DNA of 57,224 nt from a virus. Taxonomy: Duplodnaviria > Caudoviricetes. The stretch covers positions 1 through 57,224 of IMG/VR virus record IMGVR_UViG_3300027365_000015; one strand, written 5' to 3'. The notes beneath the pieces are model-generated. The model searched no databases. It worked only from the letters and a program-made list of their open reading frames with translations, and was not told where the DNA came from. Position 1 is the first letter of the stretch. Every line of letters begins with the position of its first letter. Of the stretch, positions 36,206 through 46,419 are shown one piece after another. The position numbers and the translations under genes are program-made.

Positions 36206-36628
36206 TTAGCGCAGGATGGCCTTCATGCCACCGATGTCGATGCTCAGCACGTCGTTGATCTCCAGCGTCTTGGAGACGGAGAACGGCGCGTGATAGAGCA
36301 TGTTGCCGCCGGCCTGGGCGTCGAACAGGGCGTAGTGGGTCACCGTCACCGAGCCGTCGGCGATGGGCGGGAACTGCAGCAGCTTGGCGTTGGAGCACAT
36401 CTTGCCGTCGCCGCTGTCGGTGGGCGACGTCCAGCCGGAATCGATGGAGCCGCCCTTGGCCGCGTCCTGGCGCAGGTAGGAGGAGTCCGACACCTCGGTG
36501 CCGGTATTGGCGTCGGTCGGGTCACTGGTGAACAGCGCCACGTAGATGGTGGAGGGCGTCGGCAGGGAGTTGCCGCGCAGGGTGTGCTGCAGAATGCCTT
36601 CTTCCAGGTAGTCGGAGAATGCGGACAT
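36206..36628 (-). CDS. Virion fibre/collar protein
   Basis: S.YLE...YVALFT.DP...EV....Y.RQ...D...GGN.L motif. Confidence 0.7.
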   Translation of the reverse strand: MSAFSDYLEEGILQHTLRGNSLPTPSTIYVALFTSDPTDANTGTEVSDSSYLRQDAAKGGSIDSGWTSPTDSGDGKMCSNAKLLQFPPIADGSVTVTHYALFDAQAGGNMLYHAPFSVSKTLEINDVLSIDIGGMKAILR

Positions 36629-36666
36629 GTCGCGTTACCTCACGGTAAGTGGTGCGATGGATGGGG

Positions 36667-37224
36667 TCAGATGAAGCGCCGCGCCTTCACGCGGGCGCCA
36701 CCTCGGGCGTGGCCGAGTCGGGCGTGCTGCCTGGCGTCGGCCACGCCGGCCAGGAAGCGCTGTTGGTAATAGGAGGCAAGCTCGGCATTGCGCCACGGCT
36801 GCGGGAGCAGCAGCAGCCGCCACCGCGCGCCGTCGGCGATCACCTCGCCCCAGCGCGACACCACCTCCTCCGGGGGCATGTCGCCCGGTGCCGGCCGGCA
36901 GGCCAGCTGCCCATAGAGCAGCGAGCCCTCAGGGCGGCGGTCGAACTCGATCACCGTCGGCGCCGGCTGGCGGAAGCCATCGCCCTGCATACGCTCGCGC
37001 CCGTGAAGAGTCAGCGAGACGATGCGCAGCGGCTCCCCTTGCGACGCCACCACCTGCGGGTAGTCGGTGTTGGCCGCCACCACCACGGGCTCCCCGCGCT
37101 GCACCCAGGCGTCGGCCTCGGTGCACAGCTCCCGCGCCATGCGGGCCAGGGTTTCTCGGATGGTGAGCAGAGGCGCCTCGGGCACGTCCTGCACCACCTG
37201 GTTGACCAGCTCGTTCAGCGTCAT
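36667..37224 (-). CDS. Head-tail adaptor-like protein
   Basis: Position; helical N-terminus, I..GA..RL...P..W. Confidence 0.6.
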   Translation of the reverse strand: MTLNELVNQVVQDVPEAPLLTIRETLARMARELCTEADAWVQRGEPVVVAANTDYPQVVASQGEPLRIVSLTLHGRERMQGDGFRQPAPTVIEFDRRPEGSLLYGQLACRPAPGDMPPEEVVSRWGEVIADGARWRLLLLPQPWRNAELASYYQQRFLAGVADARQHARLGHARGGARVKARRFI

Positions 37225-37913
37225 GCGGACCTCTGCGGCATAGCGGAGCCGTCAGGCGCGTTGGGCGAGGTGATCGAATCGACCTGCCCTTTCCCTTGCA
37301 TCTGCTGCATGTACGCCTGGCGGTGCATCTGCGCCCGGTTCAGGTTCGCCGCGTGCTCGGCATCCTTGGAGTAGGCGCGATACAGGATGTAGTCGGTGGC
37401 CACCGGCACATAGGCGTCGTTGAGCTTGAAGGCCTCGTCGCGGATGGCGTCGAGCCCGTCGCTCGCCGGGTGCGGGGTGGGGACCGCCGAGTAGATGATC
37501 TCCAGCTTGGCGCCCTCCTTGGCCGGCGGGTAGACATAAAACCGGGTCGGGTCCAGGTCGTCGAACACATACTGCTCGACTTCTATGCTCGCCGGGTCGG
37601 AATGCCAGTTGCGCCGGGTGGAGTCGAGCGCCCGGCGCGTGGTGACCATCACGGCCATCTGGTCGCCGACGGTGTTGCGCATCACATCGATAAGGCGCAG
37701 GCCGTCGCTGGGAATCTGCTGGCGAGTTCCCTTCTCCAGCGCCACCTCGGCATTCACCGAGAAGGCATCGGGCTTGAGCTGGACGGCCGCCTGGTAGAAC
37801 TCGTTGAGCCAGCCGATCAGCTCCTCGTTCTTCCAGCGGGTGCCGGCGGCCGTCACCTCCTGCAGGACCAGCTTCGCGTTGTCGATGATCGTGCCCACGG
37901 TGGTGACGGCCAT
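37221..37913 (-). CDS. Head-tail adaptor-like protein
   Basis: RW...EL..WLN; FYVYPP; Y.LYRAYSKD. Confidence 0.65.
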   Translation of the reverse strand: MAVTTVGTIIDNAKLVLQEVTAAGTRWKNEELIGWLNEFYQAAVQLKPDAFSVNAEVALEKGTRQQIPSDGLRLIDVMRNTVGDQMAVMVTTRRALDSTRRNWHSDPASIEVEQYVFDDLDPTRFYVYPPAKEGAKLEIIYSAVPTPHPASDGLDAIRDEAFKLNDAYVPVATDYILYRAYSKDAEHAANLNRAQMHRQAYMQQMQGKGQVDSITSPNAPDGSAMPQRSA

Positions 37914-37916
37914 GGC

Positions 37917-38309
37917 TTAGACCTCCTGAAGGTCGCGCTTCTTGGCGAGCTGGGCGGTCCAGGGGAACAGCCGGCCGGTCTTGCGGTGGCGCAGCAGGCG
38001 GCCCTGGTACTTGGAGCCGCCCTCCACCGCTTCTTCGCCCTGGGTGTCGCCCTGCGTAGGGGCGGTGACGGGCTCGCCGGAAGCGGTGCCGCCATCGCTG
38101 TCGGCGGGGGCTTCCGGATCGCCCGGGCGCTCGGTGTCGCGGGCCTCGGTGACACCCTGCTCCGCCTGCGCCTCGGCGAGCTCCTGCAGCTCGGCGCGCA
38201 GCGTCTCGACGCCCTTGCGCTTATCGACATCGACGCCGAGGTGCTGCTTGCCCAGCGCCTCGAGCTGGTCCTTTGTCTCGGCGTCCTCGATCTGCTTGAT
38301 CAGTGACAT
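37917..38309 (-). CDS. Hypothetical protein
   Basis: RBS; follows the capsid gene. Confidence 0.6.
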   Translation of the reverse strand: MSLIKQIEDAETKDQLEALGKQHLGVDVDKRKGVETLRAELQELAEAQAEQGVTEARDTERPGDPEAPADSDGGTASGEPVTAPTQGDTQGEEAVEGGSKYQGRLLRHRKTGRLFPWTAQLAKKRDLQEV

Positions 38310-38340
38310 GGTGTGGTCCTCAGTTGCCTCGATAGAAGAA

Positions 38341-38360
38341 CGCCACCCCGGAGGGTGGCG
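38341..38360 (-). terminator. Terminator after the capsid gene
   Basis: cgccaccc-tccg-gggtggcg followed by TTCTTCT on -. Confidence 0.7.
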
Positions 38361-38366
38361 TCAGGC

Positions 38367-39308
38367 TCAGCCGCGCTCGGCGTAGAGATGACCCATGGCG
38401 TTCGGGTCGATGGTCTCGTAGCCGAAGACGTTCAGGCCGCGCACCAGCTTGCCGAAGTCGCTGGGGTTGGGCAGCGTCTCCATGTTGGTCATCTGGCTGG
38501 CGAAGGTGAGCGCCTTCTTGTGGCCGAAGATGACGTTGGTGGCCTTCCGGGTGGTGGTGGCGTCGGTGACCGTGGACATGTTGTTGCTGATGTACACGGT
38601 GAAGCGGTCGAGCATGCCGACCTTGCCGTTGCGGAAGGCGCTCTCGGAGTCCCCCATCACGCTGGCGTCGCGCAGGTCGGACTTCTTGAGCATGCCGTTC
38701 ATCCACGCGGGCAGCACCACGTAGCGGTCGGTGTCGGGGCAGTTCTGCTCATCGAGCACCGAGCCGCAATCGACCAGGACGTCGAGGATGTTGGCCTTGG
38801 TGATGGCCACCGGCGCGCCGGCCTCGCCCATGTCGTAGCTGCCGGACTCGGCGCCCGCGGCGGCCCCGGCGTTGGCGGCGGCGGCATCGGCGAACACGTC
38901 GCCGAGGATCACCTTGTCGATGGCGATCTTCATCTGCTGGCCGGCATCGTCGGACCAGTCGTCCATCAGCTTGATGTCCGCCTGGTAGGCGTCGATGTCG
39001 TTCACCTCGAAGGCGAAGTACTTCGCCTGATCGATGTGCAGCTCGACCTTGTCGCTGGTCGGCTTCTCGTAGTTGAGGCCGCCACCGATGACGTAGTCGT
39101 TGATGGTGATCGAGGGGGTGGTGCGGATCTGCACCGTGTCGCCCTGGTTCTTGATCTCGCCCTCGTAGAGGGTGTTGGAGATCTCGGCGAACGCGGTGGA
39201 CTTGTAGAGCTTCTCGACCAGCTTGCCCGACCATACCTCCGGGATGAACCCGGACGTGGACGAGCTGGAGTAGTCGGGATGGCTCCCGTCACGAGTCGGA
39301 CCTGCCAT
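38367..39308 (-). CDS. Major capsid protein
   Basis: FIPEVWSG; YEGEIK..GDTV.I; L.IDQ.KYF.F; RGL.VFG. Confidence 0.9.
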   Translation of the reverse strand: MAGPTRDGSHPDYSSSSTSGFIPEVWSGKLVEKLYKSTAFAEISNTLYEGEIKNQGDTVQIRTTPSITINDYVIGGGLNYEKPTSDKVELHIDQAKYFAFEVNDIDAYQADIKLMDDWSDDAGQQMKIAIDKVILGDVFADAAAANAGAAAGAESGSYDMGEAGAPVAITKANILDVLVDCGSVLDEQNCPDTDRYVVLPAWMNGMLKKSDLRDASVMGDSESAFRNGKVGMLDRFTVYISNNMSTVTDATTTRKATNVIFGHKKALTFASQMTNMETLPNPSDFGKLVRGLNVFGYETIDPNAMGHLYAERG

Positions 39309-39364
39309 GGTGTGTTACCTCTTGCTGTCGCCTCTCGGCGAGGAATCGGGAACCGCCCGCCGGG

Positions 39365-40318
39365 TCAGCGGACCCGGCCTTCTGTCTGGGCGGCGAAGAT
39401 GTCGGCTTCCAGGCGCTGGGCCTCGTCGGCGCTGTAGCGCCCGCTGTTCTTGTCCCGGTAGAACTGGCCGATCTCCGCCCGCGTCCACAGCTTCTTGCCT
39501 TGCGGCGCTTCGGTGGTGCGGGCAGTGCGGGGCTCGACTTGATCCTCAGGGACCTGCGGGCGCGGCGCCGGGGCCGCCTGGTCGAGGTAGGACTGGAAGA
39601 TGTCGGCCACCCCCTTCGCGTCCAGGGCCTGCTGAGCCTCGTTCAGCACCTGTTGGCGCTGCTTGCCGGTCTGAGGATCGAACTGCGCGAGGAACTGGTG
39701 AAACTTGGCGTCGGCGTTGATCTCGCGGAACGTCGGCACGGCCTGCTCCAGGTTCACCCAGAAGCGTGCCTGCGCGTCCTCCTGCTTCTCGGACTCGAGA
39801 CGCTCGAGGCGTTCGGACAGCTCGCGGGTGTTGCCGGTGTCGGCCTGGGGTGCCGGCGCGCGCTGGCTGACCATGCGCTCGACGAACGTGACCAGGTCCT
39901 CGCCGAACTCCTGCTTGAACTGGGCCAGCTGGTCGTCGGATACGCCGCTGTTACCGGCGGTTGGCGCCTGCTGCTCCAGCTCGGCAATCCGCCGATCCTT
40001 GTCGGCGGCCTGCTGCTTGAGTTCGTCGTTCTCCTGCCGCAGTGCCGGGATCTCGCTGTTGTACTTGCCCTGCAGGACGTTGAAGCGGTGCTGCCAATAC
40101 AGCGCGTCCTTGTCCTGGGGCTCGTCCTTGGCGGGATCACTGGCGGGTTGCGGCTTCTCCTCGGGCTTGGGCTCGTCAGGCACCGGGGGCGCGTCCTGCG
40201 GGTTTCGGGCGCCTTCCTCGGGAGCCGGGGCCGGGGCGGCCTCGGGGTTCTCGGGCTTGGGCTCGAAGTGCTGGCGGGCGGCCTCGGCTTGGGCCTGGAC
40301 GGACTTGGGTAGGGACAT
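39365..40318 (-). CDS. Scaffolding protein
   Basis: LQGKYN.E coiled coil; C-terminal I..A..EGRV. Confidence 0.75.
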   Translation of the reverse strand: MSLPKSVQAQAEAARQHFEPKPENPEAAPAPAPEEGARNPQDAPPVPDEPKPEEKPQPASDPAKDEPQDKDALYWQHRFNVLQGKYNSEIPALRQENDELKQQAADKDRRIAELEQQAPTAGNSGVSDDQLAQFKQEFGEDLVTFVERMVSQRAPAPQADTGNTRELSERLERLESEKQEDAQARFWVNLEQAVPTFREINADAKFHQFLAQFDPQTGKQRQQVLNEAQQALDAKGVADIFQSYLDQAAPAPRPQVPEDQVEPRTARTTEAPQGKKLWTRAEIGQFYRDKNSGRYSADEAQRLEADIFAAQTEGRVR

Positions 40319-40480
40319 TTCCACTCCTGTGGCGCCTCACGGCGCGACCTGTGAGCCGGCATGGCCGGGGTTCACGATTCGGGTAACGGGTTCTGGCTGC
40401 AGTCCAGAGCGCACCCACGACAAAGCCGCCCAGGGCGCACCATGAGCGGCTTTGTGGTGAGGCCGGACCGAACCCGGCGG

Positions 40481-40708
40481 CTACCTGGCGAAGCGGCTGT
40501 CGATGACCTCGCGGGCCTGGTCGAACTTCTCGATCAGCTCGGCGAGGGTGGCGGCCTGCCCCTGCAGGCGGGCCAACTCACTGGCGTCCCGGCACTGCTC
40601 CAGGCTGTCGCGGCACTGCTCCCGCTCGGCCCTGAGCAGGGCCACCAGCCGGCGCCCCTCCGGGGACTCCGCCAGCCGGGCCAGCGCCTTCCAGTCCTGC
40701 TCCTGCAT
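40481..40708 (-). CDS. Small protein between portal and scaffold
   Basis: AAGGAG RBS; RLQG.A motif. Confidence 0.65.
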   Translation of the reverse strand: MQEQDWKALARLAESPEGRRLVALLRAEREQCRDSLEQCRDASELARLQGQAATLAELIEKFDQAREVIDSRFAR

Positions 40709-42857
40709 CGTTGCTCCTTCGCGTCTCGGCGATCAGCTTGGCGATCTCGGCCAGCAGCTTCTGCGCCTCCAGGGGCGCCATCTGCCGGGCGGTCTCGGTC
40801 TCGGTCTGGGTCTGCGCCACGTCGGCCTGCACCTGGCCGGCGTCGGCGCCGTACTTCTGGGCCCGGGCCTGCTTCTCGGCGATCTCCGCCTGCGCCTTGG
40901 CCTGCTCGATCTGCGCCTGAGCCTGCTGCGCCTGCTGCTGCTGGGCCAGGTTCTGCTGCATCTGCTCCTCGGTGGGGATGAGGCCCGGCATGTCCAGCTT
41001 CTCGGCGATGCTGTCCAGCAGCTTGCGGCGACCATCGTGGCCCATGATGCCCATGTCGTAGTCGTTGGCGGTGAGCTGCAGGAACTGCTGCCGCATGGCG
41101 TGGGTCTGCTCGCGGATCAGCATGGCGGACGAGCCGCGCGCCACCACGTTGACGTCGCCCTTGATCGACTGGTCGTCGCTGAACTGCATGTTGTGCAGCC
41201 ACAGCGCGCCGATCACCCGGCGCAGCACGCCGCGGTCGATATGGCGGATGGCGTCCTTGATGCCCTTGTTGGCCGACTCCATGAGCATCGAGAGGCCGCT
41301 GGCGGTCTGGCCAGCACCGCCTGCCGTGTCGTTGCCGTAGATATAGCGCGGGATGTTGGTGGCATCGTCGGCCCGGCGCTCGAACTGGTCGTAGACCGCC
41401 AGCAGCTCGCTGGCATTGCTCTGCGGCTGGAAGAAGTTCAGGGCCCGGTTGTTGCCGGTGATGGCGCTGTCCTTGGTGCGCCAGATCTTCCACGGGTAGA
41501 TGTCGGTCGGGTCTTCCGTGGGCTGCAGGCGATCCTCGTAGACCTCCACTTGGGGGCCGGAGGAGATGGCGAGGTTGTTCACCAGCGAGCGCGCCGTGGC
41601 GTTGCACACGTCCTGAATGTCGGCCATCAGCTCGGGGATGGCCTGACCCCAGAATGAGCCCGGCACCGGCTGGAAGCTGGCCTTGTGGTAGGGCCGGCGC
41701 TCCAGCGGGTCGCGGTTGATGCGCACCCGGATGACGTGCTGGCCGATCAGGATCGCCTCGATCTCGTACTCGGCCAGCGGGTCCTCGATCTCATCGGGGT
41801 TGATGCCCCACTGCAGCAGGGTCACGCCCTGGGCGCCGCCGGAGTAGATCAGGCCGTCGATGGTGTCGCCTGGGGTCAACCACTCGTGGCCACGCCCCTC
41901 GAGCTCGGCGCGCTCGCCGTCGGTCCACAGCCAGTCGCGCAGGCCGCCCTGGCCGTACTGCTCCAGCACTCGGCGGATGGCCTCGTCGTTGTAGCCGCTG
42001 CCCTGGCCGATGCCCATCAGCTGGTTGAGCTGGCCGCGCGTGAAGCGGGCGCGCTCGATGAGGTAGGCGCCGTCGTCCACGCTGGTGGCGTCGGGGCTCG
42101 GGTAGAGGTCGAAGGGGCTCACCCGCTCGAACTCGGGACGGATGGTCTCTGTCTTGATGGGCTGCCAGCCCTCCAGCCAGGCCAGGGTCGGCACGCGGCG
42201 CAGGATGGGCGCACGCAGGAAGGCGGCCGGATAGGTGACGAAGTCGTCGATGAACGCCTCGAAGGCCTCGTCCCAGCCACCCTCGGCCAGCTGGTCCTCG
42301 ATCACGTCCTCGTGGCGCTTGGCGGCGTCGTCGGCCTTCTCCTGCACTGCCTGGCGAATCTGCTCGCGGGCCTGCTCGACCAGGGCGGCCATGTCCACCG
42401 CCTGGCCCTGCTGCTGCATCTGCTGGGCTTGGGCCTGAATCTGAGCGGCCAGCGGGCGCAGGTAGGCGTCGGGCACCTCGGCCACCGGCGTCGGGTCCAG
42501 TCCCCACGGCTTCTCGTTGGCCGGCATCATGATGTCGCGGATCCACGCGGCCGCGGCGCGGCACTTGGTGGCGGTGAGCATCATGTAGATCTCGGCCCCG
42601 CCCTCCTTGCGGATCGCGGTCAGCTTGTCCGGGTCATACTCCCCCTTGCGCCGGCGCAGGCAGTCGAGCAGGCGATACTCCACCTCCTGCTTGGCCATCT
42701 TGGCCGATTCCCAGCTGCGCCGGATGTGCGCGCCCAGGGAAGACTCCACCAGCTGGCGGCGGCGCTCCTGCTCGTCGCGGATGCGCTGGGCCTCGGCCTG
42801 CTCGTCGGCCTGCAGGTCGGCGGCGGAGCGGTATTGCAGCAGGCCGAGACTAGCCAT
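40578..42857 (-). CDS. Portal protein
   Basis: PGSFWG..IPE...D.Q; TASGLSMLM; Q-rich barrel; follows TerL. Confidence 0.88.
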   Translation of the reverse strand: MASLGLLQYRSAADLQADEQAEAQRIRDEQERRRQLVESSLGAHIRRSWESAKMAKQEVEYRLLDCLRRRKGEYDPDKLTAIRKEGGAEIYMMLTATKCRAAAAWIRDIMMPANEKPWGLDPTPVAEVPDAYLRPLAAQIQAQAQQMQQQGQAVDMAALVEQAREQIRQAVQEKADDAAKRHEDVIEDQLAEGGWDEAFEAFIDDFVTYPAAFLRAPILRRVPTLAWLEGWQPIKTETIRPEFERVSPFDLYPSPDATSVDDGAYLIERARFTRGQLNQLMGIGQGSGYNDEAIRRVLEQYGQGGLRDWLWTDGERAELEGRGHEWLTPGDTIDGLIYSGGAQGVTLLQWGINPDEIEDPLAEYEIEAILIGQHVIRVRINRDPLERRPYHKASFQPVPGSFWGQAIPELMADIQDVCNATARSLVNNLAISSGPQVEVYEDRLQPTEDPTDIYPWKIWRTKDSAITGNNRALNFFQPQSNASELLAVYDQFERRADDATNIPRYIYGNDTAGGAGQTASGLSMLMESANKGIKDAIRHIDRGVLRRVIGALWLHNMQFSDDQSIKGDVNVVARGSSAMLIREQTHAMRQQFLQLTANDYDMGIMGHDGRRKLLDSIAEKLDMPGLIPTEEQMQQNLAQQQQAQQAQAQIEQAKAQAEIAEKQARAQKYGADAGQVQADVAQTQTETETARQMAPLEAQKLLAEIAKLIAETRRSNDAGAGLEGAGPAGGVPGGAPAGGPAQGRAGAVPRQPGAVPGRQ

Positions 42858-43305
42858 TGGCGGCTCCCTTCGTCAGCGCGTCATAGAAACGGCTGTTGCG
42901 CTCCCGCTTGTTGGTCCGCATGCGCAGCACGTTGCGGCGCATCGGCCCCAGCTGGCTGAACAGGTCGCGCACGTACTGGGCCGGGTCCTTGAGGAACTCG
43001 AGCAGCTTGATGGTCAGGGTCACGCCCATGCCACCCTCGACCTCGAACTGCAGGCGCATGCCAGGCTCGGGCTTGGTGACCTTCTCCTCGATCACGATCA
43101 TGTCGATCTGGATCGGCCCCACGTCGGGGCGGAAGCGCTGCGTCTCGATGGGGATGCCCTGCTTCACCAGCTCCTCGGCGATGGCCCTGGCGCTGTCGCG
43201 CATGATGGACAGGACCTCCTCGCGGCTCAGCCCTGCCAGCTTGCTCGCGGTGCGCTGCATGCGACGCTGCAGGTCGCCGTTGGGCTCGGTGATGATCTTC
43301 GACAT
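42850..43305 (-). CDS. Hypothetical protein
   Basis: GAGG RBS; between TerL and portal. Confidence 0.65.
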   Translation of the reverse strand: MSKIITEPNGDLQRRMQRTASKLAGLSREEVLSIMRDSARAIAEELVKQGIPIETQRFRPDVGPIQIDMIVIEEKVTKPEPGMRLQFEVEGGMGVTLTIKLLEFLKDPAQYVRDLFSQLGPMRRNVLRMRTNKRERNSRFYDALTKGAANG

Positions 43306-43332
43306 GGAGTCCTCTGCCTCTCGGCGGTGGTG

Positions 43333-44943
43333 TCAGGTGTGGGCGGCCCAGCCACCGCGGCGACGACCGCCGGTGCTGGCCGGCAAGCTGCCGCGCTGGT
43401 GAACCTCGAACAGCGAGGCCCGAGCCAGGGTCTCCAGCGCCTTGGCGCCATGGGAGGCCCAGTCATGGCGCGGGGTGTCCTTGTAGACGCCGCGCTTGTC
43501 GTCCCACTCCTTGCGGAAGTTGTCGATGCACAGGATGCCGTCGTGGCACTCCTCCTCGGCGATCCAGCAGGACGGCAGGAAGTTGCGCACCGCCTGCACG
43601 CCCTCGGCGTGATTGGAGATGCGCGGCACGATCTCGAACTTGATGCCGAAACCCCGGGCCACGTCGGCGCGGCTCTTGCCGGTGCCCAGCTCGCGCACGG
43701 CCAGGTCATGGGGGCCGAAGTGGCCGCCGTAGCGGTAGCCCTTCTTGTTGAGCATGTCGGCGTAGTACTCGATGCCCTCGCCCTCGCCCTCGAGGTAGTC
43801 CACCAGGTGCACCTCGCGCCCGACGATCTGCGCGAACCAGATGGCCATGGTGTCGTTCATGCCCAGGTCCCAGCCGGTGTAGACCGGCAGGCTGGGGTTG
43901 ACCTGCACCTCGGCGGTGATGCGCTTGTGCTTGCGCAGGAAGCGCATCTGGCTGGCGTAGTAGGCACCCTCGACGCTCTGCGCGAAGGCCTCCTCGGGGA
44001 TCGAGGGGTACTCGCGCTGCATGTCGTCCTGCAGCACCTCGGCCTTCTTGGCGTACCACGCCTGCTGACCGGCGCTGGTCGGGATGCCGTGCTTGTGCTC
44101 CAGCTCCTCGAAGTACTCCAGCAGCCGGGGCGGCACCACTACGCCGGCCGGATCGAGGGTGTAGGCCGGCTCCTGCCACCACGGGAAGAAATGGAACTGG
44201 AAGTCCATCTCGGTGGGGTCGCGGCCCAGCTCCTGCAGGTGGCGGGCGGCCTCGCAGTAGTCGAAGAAGTAGCCCTCGCGCCCCTCGGCGGTGCTCTCCA
44301 GGGTGATCTGGTTGCCCAGCCCCACCGCCTCGAAGGCGCCGGTGACGATCTCCTGCGCCTTGTGCGGGTACTGGCGACAGATCTTGCCGAACTCGGAGAC
44401 GTGCAAGCGCTGCAGGGTGCCGCCCCGGTAGGAGGTGCTGACCTTGATGCTGGAGCCGTTGTCGAAGACGTAGGCCCCGGAGCCGCTCTTGTCGCTGACC
44501 GGCTTGGGGATGCGGATACCCAGCATCTTGAAGATGGAGCGCCAGGCGCTCTCGATGTTCTGGTACGCGAAGCTGATCTTGTTGCGGAAGATGTCGGTCG
44601 CGTCGTCGAGCTTGTGGCAGATGCAGCCGGCGGCGAAGTTGTCACGGAACAGGCAGTCATCCAGGGCGTCGATCATCTCGAAGGTGGTGAAGCCCAGCTG
44701 CCTGGCCTTGAGGATGATGTCGCGCACATGGCCATCCAGGTAGCGCTGCCGCTGCGCCCGGTTGGGCCGGAAGCGCCGCACCTTGCCGTTCTTGTCCTTG
44801 ATCTTGTATAGGGAGTTGAGGCGGAACCACTTGAGGGCCAGGGCCTCGACCAGGTCGGCCTGCTCGGTCAGCCGCCCCTTGGCGTGCGCGCGCAGATAGG
44901 CCTCGGCGCGCTTGACCTCGCGGGCGCGGTCACTCCTCGTCAT
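43333..44943 (-). CDS. terL: Terminase large subunit
   Basis: ILKARQLGFTT; LHVSEFG; ESTAEG; WDLG..D; HDW.SH. Confidence 0.95.
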   Translation of the reverse strand: MTRSDRAREVKRAEAYLRAHAKGRLTEQADLVEALALKWFRLNSLYKIKDKNGKVRRFRPNRAQRQRYLDGHVRDIILKARQLGFTTFEMIDALDDCLFRDNFAAGCICHKLDDATDIFRNKISFAYQNIESAWRSIFKMLGIRIPKPVSDKSGSGAYVFDNGSSIKVSTSYRGGTLQRLHVSEFGKICRQYPHKAQEIVTGAFEAVGLGNQITLESTAEGREGYFFDYCEAARHLQELGRDPTEMDFQFHFFPWWQEPAYTLDPAGVVVPPRLLEYFEELEHKHGIPTSAGQQAWYAKKAEVLQDDMQREYPSIPEEAFAQSVEGAYYASQMRFLRKHKRITAEVQVNPSLPVYTGWDLGMNDTMAIWFAQIVGREVHLVDYLEGEGEGIEYYADMLNKKGYRYGGHFGPHDLAVRELGTGKSRADVARGFGIKFEIVPRISNHAEGVQAVRNFLPSCWIAEEECHDGILCIDNFRKEWDDKRGVYKDTPRHDWASHGAKALETLARASLFEVHQRGSLPASTGGRRRGGWAAHT

Positions 44944-45502
44944 CGTCGCTCGGGGCTACCGACGCCATGAGCTCCTCGAAGGTCATGCCTTCGTCGCTCT
45001 GCTCCTCGTCCATGCCATAGGCCTGGCGCTCTAGCTTGACCACCCGATCCAGCGCCTGGGTGCCGGCGGCCATGCTCTTGCCGACGTAGTCCAGCGGCAG
45101 GCCCACCTCGGCCACGTCGCCGTTCTTGAGCTGCACCACCAGGGCGCCACGATCCAGCTGCGTCTCCAGCAGCTCGGCATACTTGCCGGCCAGGGTACGC
45201 CAGCGCTCCAGGTGCTTGCGGTGCCCCTGGACGATGGCGGCATTCAGGCTCGCCGCCTCCTCGACCAGCTCCTCGTCGCTCTTGTCGAGCACCTCGCGGG
45301 CCGCGGCGTCGAGCTGGGCGCGGGAGACCTTCTCCCGGGTGCGCTGCCGCACCGCCTGAGACAGGTCCTTCTCCCAGCCTTCCTTCTCGGCCTTGCGGCT
45401 GATCGTGGCCTTGTTCGGGCCGTGCATGTCGGAGAGCTGCTGCAGCGAGTAGCGGCCGGTCCGGTAGTCGGCCTTGATGACCTCCCAGTCGTATCGTGCC
45501 AT
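44930..45502 (-). CDS. terS: Terminase small subunit
   Basis: DWE.I..DYR.G..S HTH, A.KEGW; LERQAYG. Confidence 0.8.
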   Translation of the reverse strand: MARYDWEVIKADYRTGRYSLQQLSDMHGPNKATISRKAEKEGWEKDLSQAVRQRTREKVSRAQLDAAAREVLDKSDEELVEEAASLNAAIVQGHRKHLERWRTLAGKYAELLETQLDRGALVVQLKNGDVAEVGLPLDYVGKSMAAGTQALDRVVKLERQAYGMDEEQSDEGMTFEELMASVAPSDDDEE

Positions 45503-45679
45503 GCGCTTCACGCCACCCTTGCGGGCAGCGCCTCCAGAATGGGGCCCGGGCGTCTCACGACGAGCCGGGCGGGTGCGGGCAGCGCCTCGCGGCGTGACCC
45601 TACCGCGTGCCGTTGCGCGGTGCGGAGATACTGGGCAAGGCCCGGATCACCTCCTTATGCCTCACGGCTGCGGAATCGG

Positions 45680-45868
45680 TCAGGTGAGCGAGTCCAGCCA
45701 GCTGGACAGGATGGCTCGCATCACCTGGTCTCTGTCTGCGATGTCGTCAATGGAGCGCCGGCCGGCGATGATGTCGTCGATCAGGCTCACAGGCAGGACG
45801 TGCGCATTGCCGTCCGGTGTTGGAATGCAGAGGTGCGGCCGGTGATCGTCGAGGCGCGTCACGCTCAC
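45680..45868 (-). CDS. Hypothetical protein
   Basis: GTGA coupling to the holin gene. Confidence 0.55.
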   Translation of the reverse strand: MSVTRLDDHRPHLCIPTPDGNAHVLPVSLIDDIIAGRRSIDDIADRDQVMRAILSSWLDSLT

Positions 45869-46419
45869 TTGCGGATGCCCTTGACCAGGTCCATGAAGCC
45901 GCCGGGCTGCATGCCAAGCTGGCGGGCCTTGTCGTTGGAGCGCTGCTTGATGTTCACGCCCTGCACCGCACCCTGGGCCACGACGGACCAGATCAGCACG
46001 TCCACCACCTGAGCCAGCTGGGCCGGGTCCATGATCACCACGGCCACCAGGCCGAAGTTCACGGCGGCGAGCGACAGGGCGAGCATCCAGCCGTTGAAGG
46101 GCCGCCAGCCGGCGCGCCAGGCCGAATCGCTGCCCAGCTCGGCGCGCATCGTCTTGTTGATCTCAGTCAGCCGGGTGGTCTCGGCCTGCAGGGTCAGGCT
46201 CAGGATCTCTCGTTCGTGCTCCTGGTCGAGGCGCTTGAGGCGCTCGGCCGCCTCCGGGTCTGTCTGCACCGCCTTCGCCACCGCTTCTGGCTGCTCTGCC
46301 ACACCCAGAACGCGAGCGACGAGACCGCCCACTGCAGCACCAGCCGGACCGCCAAGAGCACCGCCAGCAGCGGGCGCCATCTTCCCCACGGTTTCCGCGA
46401 CATCGCGCCACTCCATCAC
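45865..46419 (-). CDS. Holin-like membrane protein (3TM type)
   Basis: Gly-zipper N-terminus, WRP..GW, C-terminal TMs, lysis cassette. Confidence 0.7.
   Translation of the reverse strand: MMEWRDVAETVGKMAPAAGGALGGPAGAAVGGLVARVLGVAEQPEAVAKAVQTDPEAAERLKRLDQEHEREILSLTLQAETTRLTEINKTMRAELGSDSAWRAGWRPFNGWMLALSLAAVNFGLVAVVIMDPAQLAQVVDVLIWSVVAQGAVQGVNIKQRSNDKARQLGMQPGGFMDLVKGIRK

Noticed and set aside
40578-40708. Portal C-terminal 131-nt overlap with the next gene
   Set aside because: Low-complexity read-through tail, common in high-GC phage operons
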